Shown in pieces: positions 39,343 through 52,433 of a DNA stretch of 64,000 bases (position 1 is its first letter; each line of letters begins with the position of its first letter). The position numbers and the translations under genes were made by a program. The stretch is from assembly GCA_951406725.2 (NCBI GenBank), contig OX597815.1, positions 27,404,001 through 27,468,000 of the forward strand. The letters run 5' to 3'. Source of the stretch: Octopus vulgaris. Its lineage: Eukaryota. Under the pieces are notes generated by a model. It was not told where the DNA came from. It was given only the letters and a program-made list of their open reading frames with translations, and made no database searches.

Positions 39343-39406
<64 letters not shown>
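39343..39406. repeat. (ATT)n microsatellite
   Basis: Direct reading. Confidence 0.95.
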
Positions 39407-40644
39407 GTTTGAATGCTTCCTATACGTAAGGAGCTGGTTTCTAACAATGAAGCAAAGTGCTAACGTTGAAATTTGGATAATAGAAGCTATGCATGCTACA
39501 TATTAAACTTTTAAAAGCTCTAAGTACTTATATTGTTCCGCTTACAGATTTATATTCCTGAAGCATCTATTACCTGGTCACTTTCTTTGTCTGAAAACGC
39601 TAGCTCTACGAGATTACCGTTTAGACTGTGAGTACCAACGATTTTAGCTATAAATGTGGTATATAAATATTCTTGATAGAGAAGATATCGGTTTCGAAGT
39701 AGTCACCCCAAATATTCACTTTCTCACTGATTTGGAAAGAAATGTTCACATCTGCAGGGCAGCTGACTTCTATTACTGTACATTTGTTTTTCTTTCCTGT
39801 TTCAAACAAGTATATCAGGCCTATTAATTTTGTACTTGGCGGGAGTTTTGATGGGCATATTCCTCCAATATTCTTTGTTTTGATGCGTATTTATGTATTC
39901 GATTACCGGAATATACTTTTATTTAACTCAGAATAGTCTTTCTTACGAATGGCATTGTTCATAGTTTTAAAAGCAACATCATACCTCACCATGTGATAGT
40001 ACCTTAATATTTTTGGATAGCTGCTGATCACGTATTATGTCTTTTACAATAATATGACAATAATAATTGACTTTTTCTGTTGTATTTCTGTTGGGCTTTA
40101 CTGTTGCATTTGTTCATGAGATATTTTTGTAGCTCTCTCCCGTTCTCAGATTGCAAAATGCATATAACGTTTCGAAATGTGACGTGATATAACGGTGTAT
40201 ATATATGTATGTCAGTGTGGGCGACAGAAAATAAAAACTGTAGACTGTGGACTGAAATACAACACTGTAGAAAAGGCAACGTCTTCAGCAATAACAGCGA
40301 CAGCAACAACAGCTACATAAATATAAACAGCAGCAGCGATAAGAGCAAGATGAACGACAGCTGGTATAGAATCAACTACAAAGGCAACAGCAGATGCAAC
40401 AATGAGACCTGAGACAACATCACTAACAGCAATGAGAGAACCTAAGTGTGGGGCTCCACCTGCTAAATATAACAACTAAATTTCCTTCGAATAACACCCT
40501 ACTCTCCAAAACAGAATAGGTCACATTGGATAATTTTAGTCCTAGATACGCAATGACCGAGAGAATAATGAGCTGGCCATAGCTGTAACACCTTTGGTTA
40601 TATACTCCCTCTCTCTCTCTCACTCTCTCTCTCTCTCTCTCTCA

Positions 40645-40847
40645 TACTCTTTTACTTGTTTCAGTCATTTGACTGCGGCCATGCTGGAGCACCGCCTTTA
40701 ATCGAGCAACTCGACCCCGGCATTTATTCTTTGTAAGCCCAGTACTTATTCTATCGGTCTCTTTTGCCGAACCGCTAAGTTACGGGGACATAAACACACC
40801 AGCATCGGTTGTCAAGCAATGCTAGGCGGACAAACACAGACACACAA

Positions 40848-40930
<83 letters not shown>

Positions 40931-41097
40931 AATACGACGGGCTTCTTTCAGTTTCCGTCTACCAAATCCATTCACAAGGCTTTGGTCGGCCCGAGGCTAT
41001 AGTAGAAGACACTTGCCCAAGGTGCCACGCAGTGGGACTGAACCCGGAACCATGTGGTTGGTAAAGAAGCTACTTACCACACAGCCACTCCTGCGCC
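40645..41097 (-). mobile_element. SINE family A, full length
   Basis: Reverse complement of the family A sequence. Confidence 0.93.
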
Positions 41098-41671
41098 TAT
41101 ACGTCTACTCAGTTCACAATGATTAAGAGAAAAATTAATATGAAAACAATATTGAATGCAGAAAGGAGAAATTGTTATCCTTAATCAGCTGAGGGTAAAC
41201 AGAATTGTGGAAGCTTGAAGCTGTATATAAGCACTTCGCCTTTCTGTTGTAATCTGATAAGGTGTTTTGCAATAATACATCAATAGGGCAAAAACATACA
41301 GGGAGAACAGTTGTTGTTGACTTCTTTCTCTCTTAAAAATGTGATAATTAGCAATATTTTCATTTCTTTCTAAATTAAAAGGTTTGAATATCTTCAAGAG
41401 CAAAATTACAATTGGTACTTGGGAAGTAGTGGCTGGCAAACGGGGTCTTAGTTTAGGCACCGAAATCCATGTTCAGATCTGTGTGTGTGTGTGCGTGTGT
41501 GCGCGTGTCTGCGTGTGTACGCGCGCGTGAGGAGAGGCTATTAAGAAAAATAGCACATCCTCAAAAGACAAAACGTTTAGGACGAAAAATATACATGATT
41601 TTTCTGAGACCATAACTTGTATTATTTTTGACTGTGAGGTTTGGAAAGCGTTGGTTAAAATTTGTAATGTA

Positions 41672-42183
41672 CCGTAAATCCTCGAGTATAGTCCGCCTTT
41701 GAGTATAATACCCAGAGGGTTTTTAGGGGGCTGTAGCTCTGAAAAACCTAAACCATGTGTATAATACGCACCCCATCTCTAACTTTAGTCAAGGAGGTCT
41801 ATATAACGTCCTTGGTTTGTAAAAATGTATACGGCAACGTCCTTTATTATTATTGTATATATAACATAATGCAAACGTGCAGCTTTTTTGTGCATTTTGT
41901 TTGCAGAAAATAAAGAAATAACAGTAATAACGTTTAATAAATGTTGCTTACTGCAAGTTATTGACGATTCTTTTATGACTTCATTGCTTTCAGGCTTAGC
42001 TTAAGGTATTTTCGCTCCCGACATCACAAAATGCGTCTGAATAAACATTGCCGGACAGCAAACAGAGACTCGGACATTGCTTAGAAAATATTTTTCATTT
42101 TTAACCCCGTATATAGTACGCACTAGGGATTTTGACCTTTAAATTTTGGGAATAAAATGCGGATTATACTCGAGGATTTACGG
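41672..42183. mobile_element. pogo/Tc1-mariner MITE
   Basis: TA|ccgtaaatcctcgagtata ... tatactcgaggatttacgg|TA. Confidence 0.92.
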
Positions 42184-42289
42184 TATGTGTAGTAAACTAT
42201 CAGTTACAAGATTACATTCTGAAAGTAATAACAGTCGTTATACAATGCAACTAGTCAAAATCTGCCGAAATTATTTTGCCTATTTGGTA

Positions 42290-44120
42290 AGAATATTTCT
42301 GAAAGCAAATTCTGTTGCAGCTGCTTTCAGAATTTATTTTGGCTGTTGATTCATTGCGATGAAGAAATTTTCCCAGAAAATATAATTTCTCTTGTGTCAT
42401 CCTTGACTGAAGACGTCTTTAATCGGTTTTCTAGAGAAAGTCTTCGTTCAGCTGTTGCAAATGTTGCAGAATTTGCAATAAAGGTTGGCAAACTGCACAA
42501 ATCTCTGAAATTAAATGTTTGCCATGGGCTGGAATTTTTCCCATTCAGATGATCTATAATGTCAGTCAAACAACAAACAAAGGACTTTCGCATTGAAACT
42601 TCAAATACCAGAATTTGGGCTATAAAGAATTAATGTGCTTGTCATCAATGTAATTTGCCTTAATAAAAGGGATTTCTAACGAGATGTCTTCTTGATCGCC
42701 TTGAGAAAAATTACCTCTTGTCTTGAATATACCTTTTAACTCAGCTGATCAAAGTGTTGGTTGAACGAACAGATTATTGTAACTATGGCAGCAAAATATA
42801 TTGTGCTGTCGACGGAATGGGAATTAAGGAAGATGCTGTCGGCCGTTCCTCTTTCTCCTTTAAATTTTTCTAGTGATCTTTAGTTTCTGTAGTAATAACA
42901 GGTTCTGAAACGAAATGGTGTGTCCCTATCTTCGCGCAATATTGTTAGGAGGAAAAGGTCCTTCCCGAGCCATAGGCTCATAAAACTGGTTCCCCGGCTT
43001 CTGTGGCGTATATAACCCTCTTGGACGAGATGTCGGTAAAACTTCAGTAATCTCATCCGCCCTCTGTCCATCTGTTTGCAACATCTTAGTACTCGTAATG
43101 ACTTTGATAAATTTCTTGTATAATAAAATTTCTTGTACAAAAGCTGGCTGTGATTTAGTCCAAAAAAGAGATTAAATGTTTCCATTTGAGCTTAATATTC
43201 AATTAGATGACTCTAAACATTAACATTCAGTTGTGACCATCCACGTTCTTACCAACACTTGAATATGACTGGAATAAGTATATAAAAAATCCTTTGAAAG
43301 CAAGCAGTTGTATAATGTCCATCTAGTGGTACTCAGAGTTAAGGTATAACTGAGCATCAATTTGCTTTCCGATTCCTTCGGGGGGTTTTTTGGGGGTTTT
43401 TCGTCCAGTTCACCAAGTAAATTCTTCCTCTTTGGTGAATACTTAGTTACATCAACAATCTTTTTGCTGCTACTCATCAAGTCAGATATTATATGAATGT
43501 GCTTGACAATATATTGCTAAAGCCTTCAGCTGAAGTTTTTCCAAACACTTGGCTACTCCAGATTTCATCTCAATCATGATACTTGCTCCCTGAAAAGCAT
43601 ACTCCGCTAAAGTTTCATAAACGTAGATACAATCTTGTTAACGCATCTATGATAGATGAAAAATATTGTAAAAGATTTTGTGACTGACAAGCAATAGAAA
43701 TTCAGGAATTCCTTATTGTCCACCGAGCATTTGTCGACCCAACGAATACATTAAGTAAATTGTTCTTTATTGGTTTCATCGGCATATTCGTCAGCAATAA
43801 TTGAAGAAAGACTTATGCCTACTTCAAGTAAATCTCTCGTGACGATGTCAGTCATTGTAGAACAGAGTCAATTTATTTTGTATATCGTTGCTTAGCTTTT
43901 TGTCCCAGCTTCGTTGAACCACCCTAAAAGATTTAAATCACTTATCCATCTCAATGTTATTAAATGGTCATACAAGATGGCTAATTCTTCAACATTTCCT
44001 TACATGTCTTACACGCCTATTCCTTGTCGTCGAGAGGAACTAAAACAATAATTTATGTAATTATTTGTTTGTATAATTTATGCAATTATATGTTTATTTG
44101 CAAATTCATCCAACAATTTC
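42290..44120 (-). pseudogene. Decayed hAT transposase (Tip100/Zaphod, ZMYM1-like)
   Basis: SIIADEYADETNKEQFT*CIRWVD..EFLNFY (first catalytic D region), KYSPKRKNLLGEL, LSTTRWT, and ATFATAERRLS..NRLKT (hATC dimerisation-like). Many stops; interrupted by a SINE fragment near 42925-43050. Confidence 0.8.
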
Positions 44121-44175
44121 CTAACGTTATTATAATTAAGAATCATCACTTTCAGCACGGTAGTAGCACATTGGT

Positions 44176-44560
44176 GGAGGCGCAATGGCCCAGTAGTTAG
44201 GGCAGCGGACTCGCAGTCGTAGGATCGCGGTTTCGATTCCCAGACCGGGCGTTGTGAGTGTTTATTGAGCGAAAACACCTAAAGCTCCACGAGGCTCCGG
44301 CAGGAGATGGTGGTGATCCCTGCTGTACTCTTTCACCACAACTTTCTCTCACGCTTACTTCCTGTTTCTGTTGTACCTGTATTTCAAAGGGCCGGCCTTG
44401 TCACTCTCTGTGTCACGCTGAATATCCCCGAGAACTACGTTAAGGGTACACGTGTCTGTGGAGTGCTCAGCCACTTACACGTTAATTTCACGAGCAGGCT
44501 GTTCCGTTGATCGGATCAACCGGAACCCTCGTCGCCGTAACCGACGGAGTGCTTCCATCC
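44176..44560 (+). mobile_element. SINE family C, tail type 3, with TSD
   Basis: TSD agtagcacattg at 44162-44173 and 44561-44572. Confidence 0.94.
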
Positions 44561-44894
44561 AGTAGCACATTGACATCGAGAGAGTATAGCTAGAGACACG
44601 GCGGTATATTATGCTATTGACATCAATTCACCGTATCAGTAAATCATGAACTTTTTATTTTCCCCTGTATAAACAAATAACTCAGATCTGAAAGAATTAA
44701 TTAATAAACTAAAATAAAATAGCAATTCCCGTTCGAAATAAAATTCAACAATTCATAAAACTGACTAATTACCTGCCTACTTTCCATTAGTCTTCATAAT
44801 ACATGCAAATTTAATGCAAAAAAATAAACTATTTTCCCCTCCACCCCTGATTCACCTGCGATAATTAAATATGGATGGCCGCTATATCATATGT

Positions 44895-45190
44895 CTTTTT
44901 CTGTCTTTTCGTGACCGACCAGACCATCAGATGTTGTTACACATCGCTGGTCACAATGCGTTCGCATTGTTTTAGCCTTCGAATGACGCTACCCCGCTGG
45001 CTAAGCGAGCAGGCCAACAGAAGAAAGAGTGGTGAAAGAGTACAGCAGGGATCACCACCCCTTGCCGGAACTTCGTGGAGCTTTTAGGTGTTTTCGCTCA
45101 ATAAACACACACAACGCCCGGTCTGGGAATCGAAACCGCGATCCTGCGACCGCGAGTCCGCTGCCCTAACCACTAGGCTATTGCGCCTCC
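44895..45190 (-). mobile_element. SINE family C, tail type 1, with TSD
   Basis: TSD atatcatatgt at 44884-44894 and 45191-45201. Confidence 0.94.
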
Positions 45191-45611
45191 ATATCATATG
45201 TAAGCACTACTAATCGTTCAATTCTTTTATCTGCAGCTACATCACATGCCAGACTATCATCATTCAAACCTAATCATCAATGGGAATGCGTTTTTAAAAC
45301 CCCAAATCCTTTTTTCACTACGGTTATTGTAACGAGGAGTAGAGCTATTAGAGAATCTCAATGAGAGGCAGAGCAGTTTTGAGATCTGAAAGCTAGAGTT
45401 CAGCACTGAGAAGGAAGCAAGAGACACTGCCCACAATATGATTACCGAAATTCATATAATCAGAAAGTGGGTAATAGGATTGCAGTCTAGAGCATGCTAC
45501 CAGACACATAATATAAACTACCGTAGATTTTTGCCTTGAGGTGTTATCAGTTGGTCAATTCTTCCACCAGGAGAGCTGCACAGCCATTTTTTAAAGAGGT
45601 AATAGAAACTA

Positions 45612-46022
45612 TACTCTTTTACTCTTTTACTTGTTTCAGTCATTTGACTGCGGCCATGCTGGAGCACCGCCTTTAATCGAGCAACTCGACCCCGGGACTT
45701 ATTCTTTTTAAGCCCAGTACTTATTTTATCGGTCTCTTTTGCCGAACCGCTAAGTTACGGGGACATAAACACGCCAGCATCGGTTGTCAAGCAATGCTAG
45801 GGGGACAAACATAGACATACAAACATACACGCACACCTATATATATATATGCATATATACGACGGGCTTCTTTCAGTTTCCGTCTACCAAATCCACTCAC
45901 AAGGCTTTGGTCGGCCCGAGGCTATAGTAGAAGACACTTGCCCAAGGTGCCACGCAGTGGGACTGAACCCGGAACCATGTGGTTAGTAAGCAAGCTACTT
46001 ACCACACAGCCACTCCTGCGCC
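45612..46022 (-). mobile_element. SINE family A, full length
   Basis: Reverse complement of the family A sequence. Confidence 0.93.
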
Positions 46023-47904
46023 TATAAGTAACAATATACTGCAAGCTGCACTAAGAGAACTGCAATATCTTATATGCAACAACTTTAAAATCGAAGGCAA
46101 TGGATAATTTTCAAAGCAAAACCATTGGCTGCCTTGGAAAGAAAGGCATTATCAGTTCGGAATATTTGGTACAAGCACTATATGGCAAATAATTAAGCTG
46201 GTCTGATAAGCAGTACCAAGAAATGTTTTCTTTGCCTTTGTCCTGTTCTTACTAATAGATCTGATCAGGCTTTCAGCAGTAGAGTTACTCCAACACCTAT
46301 TGACTTTTTCCTTCTCCTTTTTTCTTTATCTTTCTGGAAGCCACTACTAGAGGGGTGTGGTATATAAGATGAAAGGGTTGAGGAATCTATCCTCTCCACG
46401 TATTCATTCAAGGGGAGGTTGGAATTCTTCAAAGTGTGGGCGAGAACGGCAATAATGATAGGAACGAATTGAGTAACTCTCAATGTGCTAACCTTGTAAA
46501 GAGTGCAAGTGTTCGTGATATTGATATAAACGATAAACACAGGACCATATCGATACAGAAATATGGGAAAGTGATGGGAAATAACCTGCAGTGTTTCGGT
46601 GTGAAAACTGTGTGAGGCATTTTGCATTGATTCATCAGCTGTGTATGATTTTATTGAAGCAAAGGAAAAATATATTGCAATTCTTCACATAAAAGAGGGT
46701 CTGAGAAAGAAATGAACATTAAAATAAACTATTATTACTAGTAAAAATAGATCTATATCGAGAGTTAGTCGAGCAGTTTAAACAACATCGATAACGGGGG
46801 AGCGGTAGACTTTTCAGGCAACATTTTATAGAACAGACTAACTTATACCAGAAGGAACTGAAATTATAACAATTCTGAAATTACAGCAGAACTGTTGCTA
46901 GTCTTCTGATGTAATCGCAGAATTGTTTTGTACATACAAGTCTACGATTCTACAAACAATAATAATAATTTTTCCTTTTTAAATTAGGCACAAAAACCAG
47001 GAGTTATTTTGAGGAGGCGGGCTAATCGATTACATTGACCCCCAGCGCTTAACGTTATTTTATCCACCCCGAAAGGACAGCGTCGACTTCGGCGACGTTT
47101 AATAATGATGATGATGATGATTTCTTTTACTTTTACTTTCACTTTGCTGCTGCTGCTGCTGTTGTTGTTGTTGGATTGAGGTTGGAGATTGAGTTAAACG
47201 AACAGAGACTAAGAAAAGTAAATTTGTGACTTTATTTTTGTTTTATTTCTTTCTTTATTTCTTTATTATTATTTTTTTTTTCATAATCTTAATAAAACCG
47301 TAGAAAACCAAAAAAAATTTTTTTTTAACTTTCTTTAAAAAGTGACAGGGTTGTGCTTTGTCCGAAACTCAGTATTCATCTAGAAGCTTTACTTTACAGT
47401 GATTGAAATAAATTACATTGCGATGTTAATATTAATTTACTGAGTCTTTAAACCCAGTTCTACCTTGAGTATTTTAGCACATACTGAATTTATCGCTGAA
47501 TGGTGTTGGTTATTTATTATAAACAAAATTGTCACTGACTGAAACCAGGATCATATCTGCTGCTATAACAACATAGATTTCATGAACTAATAAGAATTAA
47601 TTTAATAGTGGTCACTGTCAGACGGAAATCACAGCTGAGTTTCCATTTCGCGGGCCAATAATTATAGAACCTTTACGGAGTCACACATGCTTAGAAAGAG
47701 CAGCTGAGCCTCCCTCAAATCATATCCTACTTTCTTACAAAGAAAAGGGTACATAAGATGATGTAAAGTCTCAGATATTATACACCTACAAAGAGGCAGT
47801 ATTATCACAGCTGGAGCGCCTTTGATCACAGGTCAGCTTGATCAGGGCTAACCTGGAGTCAAACAACAACAAATACACCAGTAATTCTAGATAGATATGA
47901 ACAT

Positions 47905-48069
47905 GACGCAGGAGTGGCTGTGTGGTAAGTAGCTTGTCTACCAACCGCATGGTTCCGGGTTCAGTCCCACTGCGTGGCACCTTGGGTAAGTGTCTTCTAC
48001 TATAGCCTCGGGCCGACCAATGCCTTGTGAATGGATTTGGTAGACGGAAACTGAAAGAAGCCCGTCGTA

Positions 48070-48139
<70 letters not shown>

Positions 48140-48360
48140 TGTGTGTGTTTGTGTGTCTGTGTTTGTCCCCCTAGCATTGCTTTGACAACCGATGCTGGTG
48201 TGTTTATGTCCCCGTCACTTAGCGGTTCGGCAAAATAGACCGATAGAATAAGTACTAGGCTTACAAAAGAATAAGTCCCGTGGTCGATTTGCTCGATTAA
48301 AGGCGGTGCTCCAGCATGGCCGCAGTCAAATGACTGAAACAAGTAAAAGAGTAAAGAGTA
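47905..48360 (+). mobile_element. SINE family A, full length
   Basis: Head, core, (TA)n and tail present. Confidence 0.93.
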
Positions 48361-50199
48361 TGACAAAATTCTGTTCCCTCTTCCACTTCATGAAAAAGGA
48401 ACCAGAGTAGGAAATCAAGTTATCCAATGTTGAACATACTATAAATTAAGCAAGCTGGAAAATTCTACAATGCTTTCTTGCCATTTTGTATGTGTATGTG
48501 TGTGTGTGTGTGCTAAATGGAGTGTAAGTTTGCATGTTAGCAATTCAAGTAAGAAAGTGAGGAAAAGATGTTTTCTTTTCAGTCAGTGTTGTTTAATGTA
48601 GCTTTAATCGTGAGCAAAATAGACAGATGCATTTAAGACTAGAGATCTCTCTCCCTCTCCTCGTTCCGATCCGCCCGCCTCGCCAAAGCAACCCACCGCC
48701 ACCATTCGCATGCCTCCGCCCCACTTTACTCTCTTTTAATCACTCCTCTCCACACAATGAACAGGCAGTGGGAAAGGAAAAAAAAAACTGACAACTGTGC
48801 AAACGACCCTCCTACCACTTTTCTAGCCTTTACTTGGCCTCTAATCTTTCCACACATACACAACCCACCTCCTGGCATACACACACAATCATATATATCT
48901 CACATACTAAAGTGTATACACATCTTTTATATACACAGACACATGTTCATACATTTATACACACTACACAAGTACCCGATAGCCTTGTTAGTGCAATTTC
49001 TGCTGTGTTCATGATACTGTTGGCTCGACTTGAAGTGGGTCAGTTAAACAAAAACAAAAAGGAGAGAAATAACGAAAAAAAAAGTAGTAGTAAACTAAAA
49101 GTACCCTATAAAGGGACACTTTACCTTGTCAGATCGTATCCTGGGACTATATCAGCCAAACACACTTCACACTGCTATCCACTCTTCGTTGGTGGTACTA
49201 ACTTACATTACAACACTCCAACGATAAAGCAAGTAATCTTTTATTAAAGGAAAGAAAAACAACAAACTTTTCCTTATATATTATATACATACATAAATAG
49301 AAGTATATTTAATGAATACTTCTTTATATTTTATGCTTGGTGAGTTATTTTTTTCCTTATAATGTATTTTTATTGCGTGAAAAAGTTTTCTCTTAAAAAA
49401 CAAAAACATCTGTTTTAGTCAATTGTCAAAACAAACACGAAAACTTGTGTTACCAGATTTGAAGAATTTAATGTTTTATTCTTATTGTCATAATTTTTCA
49501 ACTTTAAAATATTTCGTGTATATTAAGTCTGGGTTTTTTTTTATCTGTTATGAAATCTTGTTTCTTCTCGTAATTTTTCTCACACATTTTCAACTTTTGA
49601 GGATTTTCATTACATTTATTATCATTCGGGTTGGTACAAATAGTTCGGGTATTTGATTAAACTGGCTTTAACTGCGGCTGTGCATTTCAGGTTCGAATAC
49701 TGTTAAAATATTTACTGTCCGTTTTTCGTCCGTTTACCGATCGATATCCCTTTAAAAAATTTACCCTTGAATTCATTGAGAAAAATCTCAATGTGTGGAT
49801 TTCTTATCATGTTAAAAATCATTATTAGCAGTAGACTAGGCTCTTCCGAGAGAGATTACCCCTACAACTATATTTTTATACCATGATTTACACATAAACT
49901 TAATATACTTTTTATGACTGGTGAGTTTCATAGCATAAATTTATTTAATGACTTTCAATAACATACGATCCTCGTGGAACTTGATATAAATATACCATAA
50001 AACTTTAAACCCGTCTTCTTACATTCTCACAGTGTTGTGTGAAGGGAGTGAGATAGTGGGATATGATTTGCTGTTATAGTGTGGGTGTTGTGTTGTTATG
50101 AAGTAACCTGGTTGTTTCTGCTACACTAAAGCCCTCGACACACAATCGATCGAACGAAACATTGGTGGATTTAAGAGAATTTCTTTCTAAAGGCAGTGG

Positions 50200-50725
50200 G
50201 AACTTGGTTAGAGATTTCGGCTGCTTACATAGAACAAGTAGTCACATGGACTTTTGTTGTCTTATTAATATGTTGCTTGTTCTTGTTTAAGCTCCAAGCC
50301 AAATTCTAACCAAGCAGCTCTATTATCGAATAGGTACCGGTCAAGACCATCTGGTCCTTCTAGTGGTTCATAGCACTATTTTTAGTGTGTCTTTTCTTTT
50401 TAAGCTGTTGCTGAATGGTAGCTTGAGACAAATTTGGCTGCTATTTCAAGCAGGCCGATAACCATGTAGGGTGGATCCGTCGTAGGCTCGTATGTTTTGT
50501 AGTTACTGAAATCATGCTTGTCGTTGTCTAGCCCCAAGTTTATGATGATTGTGCGGAGTTCTTGTAAGGCATTTCAGCCATTTCCATGCCATATTTTCTG
50601 TCACTGTTCACGCCGGACTACGATATCCAATGTGTCCTTTTCTTTTAAGACATTAAGGTGTGGTTTGAGAGAGATTGAGCTGCTATTTCTTGCAAAACGA
50701 GCGACCTCGTAGAGGCTTCCTGGAT
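50200..50725 (+). repeat. Three old copies of a dispersed repeat (tttggctgctatttct..gca.gtcgagcgacc motif)
   Basis: The motif recurs near 7860, 11810 (minus), 29005, 34335, 47690 (minus) and 51260; unclassified. Confidence 0.55.
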
Positions 50726-52025
50726 GTTCGTGTTACACGTAAGTTATATTGATTGTGTGTGTGTGTGTGTCATTTTTTATCTATTTGATCTATCGCTTAT
50801 TTTATCGATCTTGGAGAGATAGAAGATAAATTCAGATAAGTTTGAATAGCAAAACAGTATAATATATTGGTAAATAAATATTAAGAGCAGCAGCGAATAG
50901 TTGGACTCATTTTACGTTTTGGGTTCAAATCTCACCAAGGTTGACCTAGCTTTTCCTCCCGGAGTTGAAGAAGTATCCGTCAAATTACCTGGGTGGATTA
51001 AACGACAATAGTCCCCACCCCCTCAGTATGTGGCCTTGTGCCATTTGATAATGTTCTTTCTTAACTCTTCAATAATTCGACTGGCCCATACTTCTAGTAA
51101 ACCCCACAATGTGGTCGAGCACGCCTTTGATCAGTGGCATTCCAGCTGTCCCCGTCTTGTTTTTCTGTCCCCCTACGTATAGTAATAAATCTTGTACTTG
51201 TATTATCCGATATGTCCTTCCCTTTTTAAGACGGACGAGTGTGATTTTGAGAACTATTTGGCTGCTACTTCAAACAGTTCTAGCGATGACATAAAAGCTC
51301 CCTGGTTAGGCTTGATCGACCCCACTATGTTTATAAATGAATGGTACCAAAACTACTTATCTGGTTTCTTATCTTGGCATCCATGTTATGCACTTGTTAT
51401 CATTGGACCATGAACCATTCTATTTCTCTTCTGTTGTGATATTTCCAGAAACGGTTTCTTTAAAAAACCACTATTTACGTAACAATTTAACGTTATCGCG
51501 TTCCCTAAAATTAAAATCCTGCGATGTTTCTTTTTGTTTTTTTTTTCCCCACCAACTTTCGGCGGAAGTCTGGAAAAGTTCTATTCCTCATTGGAAAAGA
51601 AAAGGGTAGGTTTTCCTTAGTGTTTTAGTTTCCCTGTGTTTCATACAACGGAATTTACGATTCTGAAAAAAACGTCTCCCAAAATATCAATTTATTTACA
51701 TTTTCACTTTTCTCCCTACTTCCGTGTCTTTTTCCTTTCCTGTGTCCCTCGAATTATGACAGTTCAAAGGGGACAGCTATTCCAAAAGTCCACCATAAAA
51801 AGAAACATTGTGGCTAATATTTTTTTAAAAATCAAACCCTACGAAGAAAGGGTCTGTACATATATTAAAATCATTACATCATTTTGGGCCCCTTAATGTT
51901 AACAAAATTTTGCTCCCGCCTCTTCTGTCATTTCACTGTATGTACGGTTTTCTTTTGTTTTTTTTTTAGCTTAAAGCTTAACCATTAACGACTGACTATA
52001 AACGATTCCACCCAAAACTGGACTC

Positions 52026-52433
52026 GGATCTTTTCGGTTTGTACGGCAGTTTTTTTCTAGCGGTGTCATATGAAATTGTCACCCATAATTATGACCCTAG
52101 TATCGATCTATTGCATTTCAATCTATTTTAGGGTTAGGGTTAGGGGTGGGGGAAGGGTATCTTTTTTTCTTCACAAATGTAAATAAACCCAATCTGTTTC
52201 TTAAACAAGGGACATATTCATACGGCACAGAATGTTTTCACCTCAATAGATGTCATTGATTGGTTGAAATTGCAGATAAAGAACAACAAATATCTTACAA
52301 ACTATAGAATTTTCTCAATAAAGCCAAGAGAAAAAGATATTTTATAAACACATTCTACCAGTATACGAAGATTAAAAGTGTTTAGTTACGTGGAAATTAT
52401 TTTAAAAAACTGCCGTTCAAACCGAAAAGATCC
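52026..52433. mobile_element. Merlin-like MITE with (TTAGGG)3
   Basis: TIRs as in 17819; perfect 8-bp TSD CTGGACTC. Confidence 0.92.

Noticed and set aside
46585-46642. Minus-strand CTGATGA...GAAAC
   Set aside because: The intervening sequence does not form stem II.
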